64,000 nt of DNA, taken from the NCBI GenBank assembly GCA_014860355.1, contig JACZJV010000062.1, positions 759 to 64,758 on the forward strand, given 5' to 3'. How positions within the stretch are numbered: the first letter of the stretch is position 1; every line of letters begins with the position of its first letter. Below, one piece after another: positions 36,243 through 48,359 of the stretch. Made by a program: the position numbers and the translations under genes. Source of the stretch: Burkholderiales bacterium (GTDB taxonomy: Bacteria; Pseudomonadota; Gammaproteobacteria; Burkholderiales; SG8-39). Below the pieces are notes generated by a model. That model did not search any database and was not told where the DNA came from. It saw only the letters and a list, made by a program, of their open reading frames with translations.

Positions 36243-37826
36243 ATGAGTTTCATGATACCTATGCACCGCATCGAAGCGTACCTGCCGGGGGCCATATTGG
36301 TCGCAGCGCTGCTGGTCAGCGGCTGCGCCAGTCTTCCGCTTGAGGTCGAGCGCAGCGAGTCGCACGCGTTGCGCGACACCGAATCGACCCGGCTGGGCGA
36401 GGCAAGCCAGGCCGCGCGCAAGGCGCACCCCGGAGAGAGCGGTTTTCGCCCGCTGCCGAACGGGGTCGAGGCGCTGCTCGCGCGCATCGTGCTGGCCGAG
36501 GCGGCCGAGCGCTCGCTAGACGTGCAGTACTACATCTGGCATGACGATCTGAGCGGGCGCCACTTCGCCCATGCGCTGTTGCGCGCGGCCGACCGCGGCG
36601 TGCGCGTGCGCATCCTGATCGACGATGTCGGCGCGCGGGCGAACGACGAGGTGCTGCTGGCGCTCGATGCACACGCCAATATCGAGATCCGGCTTTTCAA
36701 CCCGGTCGCCGCGCGCACTTTCCGCGGGCTGGGCATGCTCGCCGATTTTTCGCGCGTCAACCGGCGCATGCACAACAAGGCCCTCGTCGCCGACAATCAG
36801 GCTGCCATACTGGGCGGGCGCAACATCGGCGACGAATATTTCGGGGCCCACGGCGAGGTCGCTTTCGGCGACCTGGACGTGCTCACGCTCGGTGCCGGTG
36901 TCGACAAGGTGTCGGAATCGTTCGATCGCTACTGGAGCGCGCCATTGACGATCCCCGTGCGCGCGCTGCTCGGCCGCAGCGGCCTCGCCGTGAGCCTGGA
37001 TACGCTGCGCGCCGCGCTCGCCGCTTTCGTCGAAGCGCAGCGCGACAGCCCCTACGTCGCGCAGGCAAGAGCCCGGCTGGCGGAGCAACTGGTGGCGGGG
37101 ACAGGCGGCTACTACTGGGGAAAAGCGCATCTGCTCTATGACGACCCGGGCAAGATCGAGCGTGCGCCTGCGGATACCGAGGGGCATTTGCTGCCCCAGT
37201 TCGCCGGGCTGGGCTTGCGCAGCGAAACCGAACTATTGATCGTTTCGCCCTATTTCATTCCCGGCGACGCGGGCGTGGCCTGGCTGCGCGGGCTGGTAGC
37301 GCGCGGCGTGCGCGTTACCGTGCTGACCAATTCTCTCGCTGCGACCGACGTCGGCGCAGTGCATTCGGGCTATCAGCGCTACCGCTTGCCTTTGCTCGAA
37401 GCCGGTGTAGTACTCTATGAACTCAGGCCCGACATGATCGAACGCGCGAGCGCCAGACCCCGGACCAGCGGCGTCGGCAGTTCGCGCGCCTCGCTGCACG
37501 CCAAGACCTTCGTGTTCGACCGGCGCGCGGTATTCATCGGTTCGCTCAACCTCGATCCGCGTTCGGTAGAACTCAATACGGAAATCGGCCTCGTGTGCGA
37601 GAGTGCGCCTCTGGCCGAGGCCCTGGCCACAGCGCTGGAGCGGGAACTCGACAACATCGCCTGGCGTCTGGAGCGCAGCGCCGATGCTGCCGGCAGCGCG
37701 CGCATTGCCTGGGTGGAGAAAAGCGCCGCAGGCGTGCGCCGGCATACGGAAGAACCCGGGGTCAGTGCCTGGCGCAAGCTCTCGGTGTGGTTCCTCGGCT
37801 TGCTGCCGATCGAATCCCAGCTCTAG
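36243..37826 (+). CDS. phospholipase D / cardiolipin-synthase-like protein with two HKD motifs, probable lipoprotein
   Basis: 527 aa. Lipobox LLVSGC. HKD motif 1 is MHNKALVADNQAAILGGRNIGDEY. HKD motif 2 is LHAKTFVFDRRAVFIGSLNLDPRS. Confidence 0.85.
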   Translation: MSFMIPMHRIEAYLPGAILVAALLVSGCASLPLEVERSESHALRDTESTRLGEASQAARKAHPGESGFRPLPNGVEALLARIVLAEAAERSLDVQYYIWHDDLSGRHFAHALLRAADRGVRVRILIDDVGARANDEVLLALDAHANIEIRLFNPVAARTFRGLGMLADFSRVNRRMHNKALVADNQAAILGGRNIGDEYFGAHGEVAFGDLDVLTLGAGVDKVSESFDRYWSAPLTIPVRALLGRSGLAVSLDTLRAALAAFVEAQRDSPYVAQARARLAEQLVAGTGGYYWGKAHLLYDDPGKIERAPADTEGHLLPQFAGLGLRSETELLIVSPYFIPGDAGVAWLRGLVARGVRVTVLTNSLAATDVGAVHSGYQRYRLPLLEAGVVLYELRPDMIERASARPRTSGVGSSRASLHAKTFVFDRRAVFIGSLNLDPRSVELNTEIGLVCESAPLAEALATALERELDNIAWRLERSADAAGSARIAWVEKSAAGVRRHTEEPGVSAWRKLSVWFLGLLPIESQL

Positions 37827-37918
37827 CGCCGGGATTTCCGACAGCTGACCGCAGACCCATCGATGCGCCTCCGGCTGCACCTGCGATACGCCAGCGCGCC
37901 GAGCGTCCCGGCGCCGGC

Positions 37919-39292
37919 ATGAGAACATCGGGCACCGACGCCGACGGCCTGCCGCTGCCGCAGCGCTACTGGGCGATCGCCACCGTGGCGCTGGGCATCA
38001 CGATGGCGGTGCTAGACAGCTCCATCGCAAACGTGGCGCTGCCGACCATCGCCAGGGATTTGAACGCCGCCCCGGCCGATTCCATCTGGGTGGTCAATGC
38101 CTATCAGCTGGTCATCACCATCCTCATGCTGCCGCTCGCCTCGCTCGGTGAGATAGTCGGCTATCGCCGCGTCTACCGCGTCGGGCTAGTCGTGTTCACC
38201 CTGGCCTCGCTAGGCTGCGCCTTGTCCGATTCACTCGTCATGCTGAGCGCGGCGCGGGTGTTGCAGGGCGTGGGCGCGGCGGGCATGCTGAGCGTCAACG
38301 GCGCACTCGTGCGCTACATATACCCGCCCGGCCTGCTCGGCCGCGGTATCGGCATCAACGCACTGGTCGTCGCGGTCTCGGCGGCGCTAGGCCCGACCGT
38401 CGCCGCCGGCATTCTGTCGATCGCCTCCTGGCCCTGGCTGTTCGCGGTCAACGTTCCCATTGCCATCGCCACCCTGTTCGCGGCGCGCAAACTGCCGCGC
38501 ACGCCGCGCTCCAGCCGGCGCTTCGACTGGTCCAGCGCGCTGCTGAACGCGCTTTTTTTCGGCCTGCTGATCATCGCAGTCGATTACTTCGGCCACGGGG
38601 GACGTCCGCTTTACGCCCTGCTCGCCGTCGCTGGCGCCGCGCTTGCGGGCGTGGCGCTGGTGCTGCGCCAGCTGCCGCAGACCTCTCCGCTGCTCCCGGT
38701 CGATCTGCTGCGCATCCCGATGTTCGCGCTGTCGATTGCGACGTCGATCTGCTCCTTTACGGCGCAGATGCTGGCCTACGTTTCGATCCCCTTCTATTTC
38801 CAGCACCTGCTCGGCCGCACGGACGTGGAGACCGGACTGCTGATGACGCCCTGGCCGCTGGCGGCGGCAGTGGTGGCGCCCATAGCCGGAAGGCTGGCAG
38901 ACCGGCACCCGGCCGGCATACTCGGCGCACTCGGCCTCGTCCTTTTCGCCGCGGGCCTGGGAATGCTCGCGCTGCTGCCGGCGGCGCCCAGCGACGCCGA
39001 CATCATCTGGCGCATGGCGCTATGCGGTGCCGGATTCGGCCTGTTCCAGTCCCCCAACAACCGCGTGATCATGACTTCCGCGCCGCGCGAGCGCAGCGGC
39101 GGAGCGAGCGGCATGCTGGGCACGGCGCGGCTGCTCGGCCAGACCACAGGTGCCGCATTGGTGGCGCTGATGTTCAGCCTGTTCGGCGAGCGCGCGAACG
39201 TCTGGGCGCTGGGCCTGGCGGCCGGCATCGCGCTCCTGGCTGCGGCGGTGAGCAGTTCGCGGCTGGTCAAATCCTCCCGTGGCAAGGGTTAA
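37919..39292 (+). CDS. MFS transporter, DHA2 (EmrB/QacA-like, 14-TM) type
   Basis: 457 aa from ATG 37919, within a longer GC-shadow ORF. N-terminus WAIATVALGITMAVLDSSIANVALPTIARDL is typical of DHA2 exporters. Confidence 0.85.
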   Translation: MRTSGTDADGLPLPQRYWAIATVALGITMAVLDSSIANVALPTIARDLNAAPADSIWVVNAYQLVITILMLPLASLGEIVGYRRVYRVGLVVFTLASLGCALSDSLVMLSAARVLQGVGAAGMLSVNGALVRYIYPPGLLGRGIGINALVVAVSAALGPTVAAGILSIASWPWLFAVNVPIAIATLFAARKLPRTPRSSRRFDWSSALLNALFFGLLIIAVDYFGHGGRPLYALLAVAGAALAGVALVLRQLPQTSPLLPVDLLRIPMFALSIATSICSFTAQMLAYVSIPFYFQHLLGRTDVETGLLMTPWPLAAAVVAPIAGRLADRHPAGILGALGLVLFAAGLGMLALLPAAPSDADIIWRMALCGAGFGLFQSPNNRVIMTSAPRERSGGASGMLGTARLLGQTTGAALVALMFSLFGERANVWALGLAAGIALLAAAVSSSRLVKSSRGKG

Positions 39293-39339
39293 GGAACCAG
39301 CGTCCCAGGTCTAGGCACAGCCTCGACGGCCCGCGCGTT

Positions 39340-40920
39340 TTATTCCCACTCTATGGTCGCAGGCGGCTTGCCGCAGATGTCGTAGACCACGCGGTTGATG
39401 CCGCGCACCTCGTTGATGATGCGGTTCGACACCTTACCCAGCAGTTCGTGCGGCAGGTGCGCCCAATGGGCAGTCATGAAGTCCTGCGTCTGCACCGCGC
39501 GCAGCGCCACCACGTATTCGTAGGTGCGCCCGTCGCCCATCACGCCCACCGCCTTCACCGGCAGGAACACGGCGAACGCCTGCGAGGTGGCGTCGTACCA
39601 GCTGCGTCCCTCGCCGTCGCGCGCCGCACGCAGTTCCTCGATGAATATGGCATCGGCGCGGCGCAGCAGATCGGCATACTCGTGCTTCACCTCGCCGAGG
39701 ATGCGCACGCCCAGCCCGGGTCCGGGGAAAGGGTGGCGGTAGACCATGTCGTGGGGCAGGCCGAGGGCGATCCCGAGTTCGCGCACCTCGTCCTTGAACA
39801 ATTCGCGCAGCGGCTCGAGCAGCTTCAGGTGCAGGGTGTCGGGCAAACCGCCGACGTTGTGGTGCGACTTGATGTTAGTCGCCTTTTTGGTCTTGGCCCC
39901 GGCGGACTCGATCACATCGGGATAAATGGTGCCCTGCGCCAGCCATTTGGCGTTCCTGATTTTGGCCGCCTCGCGCTGGAACACTTCGACGAATTCGCGT
40001 CCGATGATCTTGCGCTTTTGCTCCGGATCGGCGACCCCGGCGAGCTTGCCCATGAACTGCGCGCTGTCGTCGATGTGGATCACCTTGACGCCCAGGCTCC
40101 TGGCGAAAGTCGCCATCACCTGCTCGGCCTCGTTCAGCCGCAGCAGTCCGTGGTCGACGAACACGCAGGTGAGCTTCGCGCCGATGGCGCGGTGGATCAG
40201 GGCGGCGGCAACGGAGGAATCGACTCCGCCCGAAAGCCCGAGGATCACTTCGTCCGTGCCCACCTGCTCGCGTATGCGTGCGATCGCCTCGGACACGTAA
40301 TCGGGCATGTTCCAGTCGCCTGCGCAGCCGCAGATATCGTTGACGAAGCGCCTGAGTATGGCCGTTCCCTGCAGCGTGTGCGTGACCTCGGGATGGAACT
40401 GCACCGCGTAGTAGCCGCGCGCCTCGTCCGCCATCGCCGCGATCGGGCAGGAATCGGTGGAAGCCATGAGCTTGAAGCCGGCGGGCATTTGCGTGACTTT
40501 GTCGCCGTGGCTCATCCATACCTTGAGCATACCGTGGCCCTCGGGGGTGCGGAAATCCTCGATGCCCTCGAACAGGCGGGTGTGGCCGCGCGCGCGCACC
40601 TCGGCGTAGCCGAATTCGCGCACCTTGCCCGCCTCGACCTTGCCGCCCAGCTGCCCGGCCATGGTCTGCATGCCGTAGCAGATGCCCAGCACCGGCACGC
40701 CCAGATCGAATACCGCCTGGGGGGCGCGCGCGCTGGCGTCCTCGTTCACCGACAGGTGGCTGCCGGACAGGATCACGCCCCTGGCGCCGAAATCGCGCAC
40801 GAACTGCGCGCTGACGTCATAGGGATGGATTTCGCAATAGACGCGCGCTTCGCGCACGCGCCGCGCAATCAATTGCGTGTACTGGGCGCCGAAATCGAGG
40901 ATGAGGATTTTCTGATGCAT
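39340..40920 (-). CDS. guaA: GMP synthase (glutamine-hydrolysing)
   Basis: 526 aa. GATase domain ([27 protein letters not shown]) and ATP-pyrophosphatase P-loop ([11 protein letters not shown]). Ends ATIEWE. Confidence 0.97.
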   Translation of the reverse strand: MHQKILILDFGAQYTQLIARRVREARVYCEIHPYDVSAQFVRDFGARGVILSGSHLSVNEDASARAPQAVFDLGVPVLGICYGMQTMAGQLGGKVEAGKVREFGYAEVRARGHTRLFEGIEDFRTPEGHGMLKVWMSHGDKVTQMPAGFKLMASTDSCPIAAMADEARGYYAVQFHPEVTHTLQGTAILRRFVNDICGCAGDWNMPDYVSEAIARIREQVGTDEVILGLSGGVDSSVAAALIHRAIGAKLTCVFVDHGLLRLNEAEQVMATFARSLGVKVIHIDDSAQFMGKLAGVADPEQKRKIIGREFVEVFQREAAKIRNAKWLAQGTIYPDVIESAGAKTKKATNIKSHHNVGGLPDTLHLKLLEPLRELFKDEVRELGIALGLPHDMVYRHPFPGPGLGVRILGEVKHEYADLLRRADAIFIEELRAARDGEGRSWYDATSQAFAVFLPVKAVGVMGDGRTYEYVVALRAVQTQDFMTAHWAHLPHELLGKVSNRIINEVRGINRVVYDICGKPPATIEWE

Positions 40921-41009
40921 GCTCGGGCTTTCAATAACGGAAGGGCCGGGCGCGCCGCAGGCGGCACGACCGGCCCCGGGTCATGGGATCGGGTGGCGAT
41001 TGGGCAAGA

Positions 41010-42470
<1,461 letters not shown>

Positions 42471-42634
42471 ATGCAAAACTCCTGGCCGCAAAGCCGCATT
42501 ATACGCGCCTGTCGCTGGTCGGCAAACAAGCTGCGACTGAAACCGAATGCCGGGTCGGCGCGTTAAGTCATTTGACGGGGCGGCGAAAAGCCGCTACTTT
42601 TTGGCTGCTTGGTTTAAATGGAAGGTATCCCCGC

Positions 42635-43126
42635 ATGAATCGACTTTCGGTGGCAATCTGGCTGGTGCTGTGCGTGGCGCTGCCCGCATCCGCCCAGATG
42701 TACAAGTGGGTGGATTCGAACGGGAAGGTGCATTATTCGGACAAGGCCCCGCCGGGCAACGTCAAATCCGAAACGCTGCGCGAGGCAGCCCGCCCCCCCG
42801 GCCCGCCTGCGACCGGCGTAGCCAAGGAGGATGCGAACAAGGACGCGGCCAAGGCCGGGCCCAAAACGACGGCGGAGCAGGATCAGGCGTTTCGCAAGCG
42901 CCAGGCGGAAGAGGCCAAAGCGCGGGAGAAGCAGGACGAGGCAGAGAAGATCGCCCGCGACCGGGCCGAGAACTGCAAGCGCGCAAGGGCGGCGGCGGCC
43001 AATCTGGAATTGGGCGGGCGCCAGCTCCGTGTCGACGAAAAAGGCGAGCGCGTATACCTCACGGATGCGCAAATCGCCGAGGAAACCGCCAAGGCGAAGC
43101 AGGAAGCAGCGGCCGCCTGCAAGTAG
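42635..43126 (+). CDS. DUF4124 domain protein (periplasmic, charged coiled C-terminus)
   Basis: Signal peptide followed by MYKWVDSNGKVHYSDKAPPG, the DUF4124 signature. The C-terminal half is Lys/Glu/Ala-rich. Confidence 0.7.
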   Translation: MNRLSVAIWLVLCVALPASAQMYKWVDSNGKVHYSDKAPPGNVKSETLREAARPPGPPATGVAKEDANKDAAKAGPKTTAEQDQAFRKRQAEEAKAREKQDEAEKIARDRAENCKRARAAAANLELGGRQLRVDEKGERVYLTDAQIAEETAKAKQEAAAACK

Positions 43127-43129
43127 GGA

Positions 43130-43399
43130 CTATTTGCGCGATTTTGCCGCACGCTCGCGCCGGGCTTTCTTCGGATCGTCAAGCAAGGGTCGATAGAGTT
43201 CCACGCGGTCCCGGTCGTGCAGCCTGGTTTCCGGGCTTGCCGGCCTACCCCATATCCCGGCGCGGCTGAACTCGATCTGCGGCTCACGCCGGAGCAAACC
43301 GCTGGCCTCGATCGCGTCCAGCACCGTGCTGCCGGGGGCGAGTTCGAGCTCCAACAGTTCCTGCTTCTGCGCCAGCGCGTAGGCCACTTCGATGCGCAT
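43130..43399 (-). CDS. rnfH: RnfH-family ubiquitin-like small protein (UPF0125)
   Basis: 89 aa. MRIEVAYALAQKQELLELELAPGSTVLDAIEASG ... RDRVELYRPL is typical of RnfH. It sits adjacent to ratA and smpB, as in many proteobacteria. Confidence 0.8.
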   Translation of the reverse strand: MRIEVAYALAQKQELLELELAPGSTVLDAIEASGLLRREPQIEFSRAGIWGRPASPETRLHDRDRVELYRPLLDDPKKARRERAAKSRK

Positions 43400-43401
43400 G
43401 C

Positions 43402-43839
43402 CTAAGCCGCACCGTACAGTGCTGCTGCCCGCTTGACGAAGACTTCGACCAGGGTATTGGCGATGTGATTGAACACCGGTCCGGCAATCTTCTCCACCAG
43501 CTTGCCGGAGAGTTCATAGCTCAAGCGGAATTCGACTTTGCACGCCTGCTCCGATAGCGGAACGAAGCGCCAGAACCCGTCCAGGTGCTTGAACGGGCCG
43601 TTCATCAGCTTCATGTCGATCAGCGCGCCCTCGTCCATCTGATTCTCGGTGGTGAAGTGCAGGCGCAGGCCGTGATAGTTGACATGCAGTGTCGCCGCAG
43701 CCCGATGCGGGTCCAGTCGTTTCACCTCGGTGCCGCTGCACCAGGGCAGAAACTGCGGATACGCGTCTACGTCCGCCACCATCGCGTACATTTCGGCCGC
43801 GCTATGGCTTATCAGTACCGATTTTTCGACTATGGCCAT
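43402..43839 (-). CDS. ratA: SRPBCC-fold protein RatA/UbiK-associated (ribosome association toxin family)
   Basis: 145 aa from MAIVEKSVLISHSAAEMYAMVADVDAYPQFLPWC (polyketide-cyclase/START-like). It shows the conserved divergent arrangement with smpB. Confidence 0.8.
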   Translation of the reverse strand: MAIVEKSVLISHSAAEMYAMVADVDAYPQFLPWCSGTEVKRLDPHRAAATLHVNYHGLRLHFTTENQMDEGALIDMKLMNGPFKHLDGFWRFVPLSEQACKVEFRLSYELSGKLVEKIAGPVFNHIANTLVEVFVKRAAALYGAA

Positions 43840-43931
43840 GAAGGCGCGACGCAACTGTTAAAATTGCCTAAACTCGGCAAGCCGGAACTAGGCAAAGTGC
43901 CTCCGGCGAAGGAAAAACCCTAATCCCACGA

Positions 43932-43957
43932 ACAAGGGGGGTGCACCCCCCCCTTGT
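43932..43957. repeat. homopolymer-containing palindrome ACAAGGGGGG-TGCA-CCCCCCCCTTGT in the ratA/smpB divergent spacer
   Basis: Read directly. It has a G6 run and a C8 run flanking TGCA. GGGGGGTGCACCCCCC is a perfect 16-nt palindrome. A further C6 run lies at 43962-43967. Confidence 0.5.
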
Positions 43958-44056
43958 AAATCCCCCCGCGGATGCATGCTTGCCGTTAATTGAGATCTTC
44001 GCCATTCCCGCCAGCTCTCGACCGATAAGAGACCAATTGTACCAACACAAGCTTCC

Positions 44057-44509
44057 ATGAAGATCGCACAGAACAAAAAAGCCTTCCACGATTACTTCAT
44101 CGAGGAGCGTTATGAAGCCGGTCTGGTGCTCCAGGGTTGGGAAGCCAAGGCCATCCGCGCCGGACGGGTGCAGCTCAAGGACGCCTATGTGCTCATCCGT
44201 GGAGCCGAAATCTACATGGTCGGCGGCCATATCAGCGCGCTGCCTACGGCGTCCACCCATATCAATCCTGATCCGGTGCGCACGCGCAAGCTGCTGCTCC
44301 ATGCCGGGGAAATCCAGCACCTGATCGGCAAGGTCGAACGCGCCGGCTACACCCTGGTGCCGCTGGATATGCACTACAAGAACGGCAGAATCAAGATCGA
44401 CATCGGCCTTGCCCGCGGCAAGAAGCAGCACGACAAGCGCGAGACCGAGAAGAAGCGCGACTGGGATCGCGAGAAACAGCGCTTGATGCGGTCACACAGC
44501 AAGAGCTAG
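44057..44509 (+). CDS. smpB: SsrA-binding protein SmpB
   Basis: 150 aa. [34 protein letters not shown] ... RKLLLH and a basic C-terminal tail. Confidence 0.95.
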   Translation: MKIAQNKKAFHDYFIEERYEAGLVLQGWEAKAIRAGRVQLKDAYVLIRGAEIYMVGGHISALPTASTHINPDPVRTRKLLLHAGEIQHLIGKVERAGYTLVPLDMHYKNGRIKIDIGLARGKKQHDKRETEKKRDWDREKQRLMRSHSKS

Positions 44510-44603
44510 CGCTGCGTGCGCACTCGCAGGGAACGCAGCCGCGACGCGCGTCGTAGGCGCGGGCGTTTAAGCGGCTCGCAGTGGATTTTCGCGCGGGCGG
44601 TAC

Positions 44604-45395
44604 TCAAATTCGCTGGCGCACCTGCTCGAACAGGCAAATCGCCGCCGCAGCCGCGACATTCAAGGATTCCGCGCCGCCGGGCATGGGTATGCGCAATTGC
44701 TCGGCCGCTGCAGCACTCAGCGCAGCGCTCAAGCCCGCGCCTTCGTTGCCGAACGCCCAGGCCAGCGGGCCGCGCAGGTCGGCCTGATATATGGATTTTT
44801 CTGCGTGGCTGCTGGCGCAGATCAGCCGCCCCGACAGCCTGCCCAAGGAGGCATGCAGATTGACGTTGTCGTATATCTCCAGGCTGAAGTGCGCGCCCAT
44901 TCCGGCGCGCAGCACCTTGGGCGACCAGGCGAAGGCGCAGCCATGGGAGAGCAGGACGGTGGAGACGCCCGCTGCCGCCGTGCTACGCAGTATGGACCCG
45001 AGATTGCCCGCGTCCTGTATGCTTTCCAGCATCACGCAGTGTTCGATCCTGTCCGGCAACGGACCTGGCTGTGGGGTGCGTATCAGCGCAACGATTCCGG
45101 TCGGCGTCGCGACTTGGGCGACCTCGTTGAACAGCGCATCGGCGAGCACCAGCAGCGCCTGCCCGGCAATGCCTCGGGCGAGCGCGGCAGCCTGCGCGTC
45201 GGACGCGCCGCTTTCGCTCAGTATCAGCTGCTCGGGCACGCCGCCACTGGCGCGATAGGCAGCGATCAAGTGCAATCCGTCGAGCAGCGCCAGACCAGCC
45301 TTGCGCCGTTCGCGCGTGGAAGTGGCGAGCTGGCGCAGCAATTTGAAGCGCGGATTGTCGCGCGAGCGTATCAGCTTCAGGTCAGGATCGAGCAT
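44604..45395 (-). CDS. TrmH/SpoU-family RNA 2'-O-methyltransferase
   Basis: 263 aa from ATG 45395. SpoU motifs: LESIQDAGNLGSILRSTAAAG, AFGNEGAGLS and IPMPGGAESLNVAAAAAICLFE. Confidence 0.8.
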   Translation of the reverse strand: MLDPDLKLIRSRDNPRFKLLRQLATSTRERRKAGLALLDGLHLIAAYRASGGVPEQLILSESGASDAQAAALARGIAGQALLVLADALFNEVAQVATPTGIVALIRTPQPGPLPDRIEHCVMLESIQDAGNLGSILRSTAAAGVSTVLLSHGCAFAWSPKVLRAGMGAHFSLEIYDNVNLHASLGRLSGRLICASSHAEKSIYQADLRGPLAWAFGNEGAGLSAALSAAAAEQLRIPMPGGAESLNVAAAAAICLFEQVRQRI

Positions 45396-45420
45396 GCGCT
45401 GAACCCGGCGGAAGTAGTGC

Positions 45421-45987
45421 TCAGCCCTGAAGCAGCTTGCGTATCGGCGCGTAGCTGCGCCGGTGGATCTCGCACGCGCCGTGCTGCGCCAGGGCGGCGA
45501 GATGCGAGGTCGTAGGATAGCCCTTGTGACGATCGAGTCCATAACACGGATAGAGCAGGTGCAGACGCATCATTTCGGCGTCGCGCGCGGTCTTGGCCAG
45601 TATCGATGCGGCGGAAATCGCCGGGATCTTGCCATCGCCCCTGATGACGGCCTTGACCGGATATCCGATCCTGGGGCAATGATTGCCGTCGACCAGCACT
45701 TCGGCCGGCGCCACACCCAACTGCTCAACCGCGCGGCGCATGGCGAGCAGGCTCGCCTGCAGGATATTGAGTGCGTCGATTTCGGCCACGCTAGCCCACG
45801 CAATCGCCCACGCCAGCGCGCGCCCGCGTATTTGCCCGGCAACTTCCTCCCGCCGCGACGCGCTCAGCATTTTGGAATCTGCCAGACCGGCGATGTGCGC
45901 GCCGGGGTCGAGGATCACCGCTGCCGCGCAGACCGGTCCGGCGAGCGGCCCCCGCCCCGCTTCGTCCACGCCGCATACGAGATTCAT
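45421..45987 (-). CDS. rnhB: ribonuclease HII
   Basis: 188 aa from [19 protein letters not shown] (DEAGRG catalytic motif), [16 protein letters not shown]. The start overlaps the lpxB stop. Confidence 0.93.
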   Translation of the reverse strand: MNLVCGVDEAGRGPLAGPVCAAAVILDPGAHIAGLADSKMLSASRREEVAGQIRGRALAWAIAWASVAEIDALNILQASLLAMRRAVEQLGVAPAEVLVDGNHCPRIGYPVKAVIRGDGKIPAISAASILAKTARDAEMMRLHLLYPCYGLDRHKGYPTTSHLAALAQHGACEIHRRSYAPIRKLLQG

Positions 45988-47153
45988 GCGGGTTGCGCAC
46001 TCGTGCGCCCGAGCAGCGGCAGCACCGCCCTGGCAGCCTGCTCCGCGGTATTGCGCTTGAGCTCGCGGTGGATGGCGGCAAAGCGCTGCGACAGACGCGC
46101 GCGCACCACACCGTCGTTGAGCGCATTGAACAAGGCCTGCGCCAGGTTTTCCGCAGTGGCGTCGTGCTGCAGCAGCTCGGGTACGACAAACTCGCCGGCC
46201 AGGATATTGGGCAGGCCGACGTAGGGCTTGTAAGCCATGCGCCGCATCAGCAGCCAGCTCGCCCCGGCCATCTTGTAGGTGATCACCATGGGTTTTTTCA
46301 GCAGCGCCGCCTCCAGCGTGGCGGTGCCGCTGGCCACCAGTGCGACATCGGCCGCTGCAAGCGCGTCCCGGGCATGTCCGAACAATATCGTCAGAGGCAG
46401 TTCGCCTGCGCCGCCCCGATATATGGCGGCTTCGAAGATCTCGCGCGTTTCGCGGCTGACCAGTGGAACGAGAAACAGCGGCCGCTCCACTTTCTGCACC
46501 AGAAGCTTGGCCGTGGCGATGAACGTGTCCGCCATGTAGCGCAATTCGGACTGCCGGCTGCCAGGCAACAGGGCGAACACTTTGCGTTCGGGCTCGATCT
46601 TGAGCCGCTCGCGCGTAGCGGCAGTCTGGTCCTCCTGCGGAATCAGGTCGGCGAGCGGATGACCGACGTAGCTGGCGGCTATGCCCGCCTTGCGATATAT
46701 CTCGGATTCGAACGGAAACAGGGTCAGCACGAGATCGACGCAATGCGCAATTGCGCCGATGCGGCCGCCGCGCCAGGCCCAGATCGAGGGGCTGACGTAG
46801 TGCACCACCCGCACCCCGGCACGCTTGAGTCCGGCCTCCAGGCCCAGGTTGAAATCCGGCGCGTCTACGCCGATGAATAACTGCGGCCTCACCTTGAGCA
46901 GCGCCAGTTTCAGCTTGTGTCGCATCCATACCAGGCCGGCATAATGCCGCAGCACCTCGGCGTAGCCGCGCACCGCAAGGCGTTCCATCGGAAACAGGCT
47001 GGTCAATCCCTGGGTTTGCATTCTCGGGCCGCCGATGCCGACAAAGCCGGCATCGGGCAAGTGCGCGCGCAAGGCCGCGATCAGGTGCGCCCCCAGCAGA
47101 TCGCCCGAGGCCTCCCCGGCCACGATGCCAATGATGAGCGGCCCTTGCCTCAC
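45984..47153 (-). CDS. lpxB: lipid-A-disaccharide synthase
   Basis: 389 aa. [19 protein letters not shown]-terminus, [10 protein letters not shown] and the [10 protein letters not shown] motif. Confidence 0.93.
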   Translation of the reverse strand: MRQGPLIIGIVAGEASGDLLGAHLIAALRAHLPDAGFVGIGGPRMQTQGLTSLFPMERLAVRGYAEVLRHYAGLVWMRHKLKLALLKVRPQLFIGVDAPDFNLGLEAGLKRAGVRVVHYVSPSIWAWRGGRIGAIAHCVDLVLTLFPFESEIYRKAGIAASYVGHPLADLIPQEDQTAATRERLKIEPERKVFALLPGSRQSELRYMADTFIATAKLLVQKVERPLFLVPLVSRETREIFEAAIYRGGAGELPLTILFGHARDALAAADVALVASGTATLEAALLKKPMVITYKMAGASWLLMRRMAYKPYVGLPNILAGEFVVPELLQHDATAENLAQALFNALNDGVVRARLSQRFAAIHRELKRNTAEQAARAVLPLLGRTSAQPA

Positions 47154-47154
47154 G

Positions 47155-47925
47155 TCAGCGCACGATCCCGCGGGTCGAGGTCTGCAGAAAATCGCTGAGC
47201 AGGCGGATTTCAGCGCAGCTGCCGGCGTGCTCGGCCAGCTGCCTCCTGGCCTGGTCCAGCGTCAGGCTGCTCTTGTACAGGGTCTTGTAGGCGCGTTTGA
47301 TCTCGGTGAGCGCCGCGGCGGAGTAGCCACGCCGGCGCAGGCCTTCGGAATTGATGCCATATGGTTTGGCCGTATCCCCAGCGGCCATTACGTAAGGAGG
47401 CAGGTCGTGTACCAGCACCGTAGCGATGGCGGTGAAGCTGTGGGCGCCGATGCGCACGAACTGGTGCACGCCGGTGAAGCCGCCGAGGATGGCGTAATCG
47501 CCGACATGCACGTGGCCGGCGAGCTGCGCGTTATTGGCGAAAATGGCATGGCTGCCGATCTGACAGTCGTGCGCAATGTGCACGTAAGCCATGATCCAGT
47601 TGTCGTTGCCCACGCGGGTGACGCCTGCATCCTGCGCGGTGCCGCAATTCAGGCTGCAGAACTCGCGTATGGTGTTGCCGTCGCCGATTTCCAGCCGCGT
47701 CGGTTCGCCCGCGTATTTCTTGTCCTGGGGTACGGCGCCCAGCGAAGAAAACTGAAAAACGCGATTGTCCCTGCCGATCCTGGTATGCCCTTCGACCACG
47801 ACGTGAGGACCGATCCGGGTATCGTTGCCGATCTCCACATGCTCGCCGATCAGGCTGTAGGCGCCGATAGTGACGTTGTCCCCGAGCCTAGCGCCGGGGT
47901 GAACGATGGCGCTCGGATGGATCAT
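47155..47925 (-). CDS. lpxA: acyl-ACP--UDP-N-acetylglucosamine O-acyltransferase
   Basis: Left-handed beta-helix hexapeptide repeats. [18 protein letters not shown] is a typical LpxA start (ATG 47925, overlapping the fabZ stop). An upstream ATG at 47946 is also open. Confidence 0.93.
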   Translation of the reverse strand: MIHPSAIVHPGARLGDNVTIGAYSLIGEHVEIGNDTRIGPHVVVEGHTRIGRDNRVFQFSSLGAVPQDKKYAGEPTRLEIGDGNTIREFCSLNCGTAQDAGVTRVGNDNWIMAYVHIAHDCQIGSHAIFANNAQLAGHVHVGDYAILGGFTGVHQFVRIGAHSFTAIATVLVHDLPPYVMAAGDTAKPYGINSEGLRRRGYSAAALTEIKRAYKTLYKSSLTLDQARRQLAEHAGSCAEIRLLSDFLQTSTRGIVR

Positions 47926-48359
47926 CAGATCGGTCGCAGGGTGCAAAGCAGCTCGGCTTCCGCCACGAGCGCGTCCCCTACATAGGCCCTACCGGCGTAT
48001 TTGACCACGTTGCGTACGGTGCGCACGATGCTCACCTCGAGCACCAGCTGGTCCCCGGGCATGACCGGTTTCTTGAAGCGCGCCTTGTCGATGCCGGCAA
48101 AATAGTACACCGATTTGTCGTCGGGTTTGGTGCCCATGGTGCGAAACGACAGGATCGCCGCGGCCTGCGCCATGGCCTCGACGATGAGCACCCCCGGCAT
48201 GACCTTGAAGTACGGAAAATGGCCGTTGAAATAGGGCTCGTTGACGCTGACGTTTTTCAGCGCCCGAATGCGCTTGCCCAGCTCGCACTCGATGACGCGG
48301 TCGATAAGCAGGAACGGATAGCGATGCGGCAGGTATTCGAGGATTTCCTGGATGTTCAA
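47925..48359 (-). CDS. fabZ: 3-hydroxyacyl-ACP dehydratase FabZ
   Basis: [19 protein letters not shown] and [11 protein letters not shown] motifs. The inferred start is TTG at 48359, overlapping the lpxD stop. No ATG or GTG is available there, so the start is uncertain. Confidence 0.88.
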   Translation of the reverse strand: MNIQEILEYLPHRYPFLLIDRVIECELGKRIRALKNVSVNEPYFNGHFPYFKVMPGVLIVEAMAQAAAILSFRTMGTKPDDKSVYYFAGIDKARFKKPVMPGDQLVLEVSIVRTVRNVVKYAGRAYVGDALVAEAELLCTLRPI

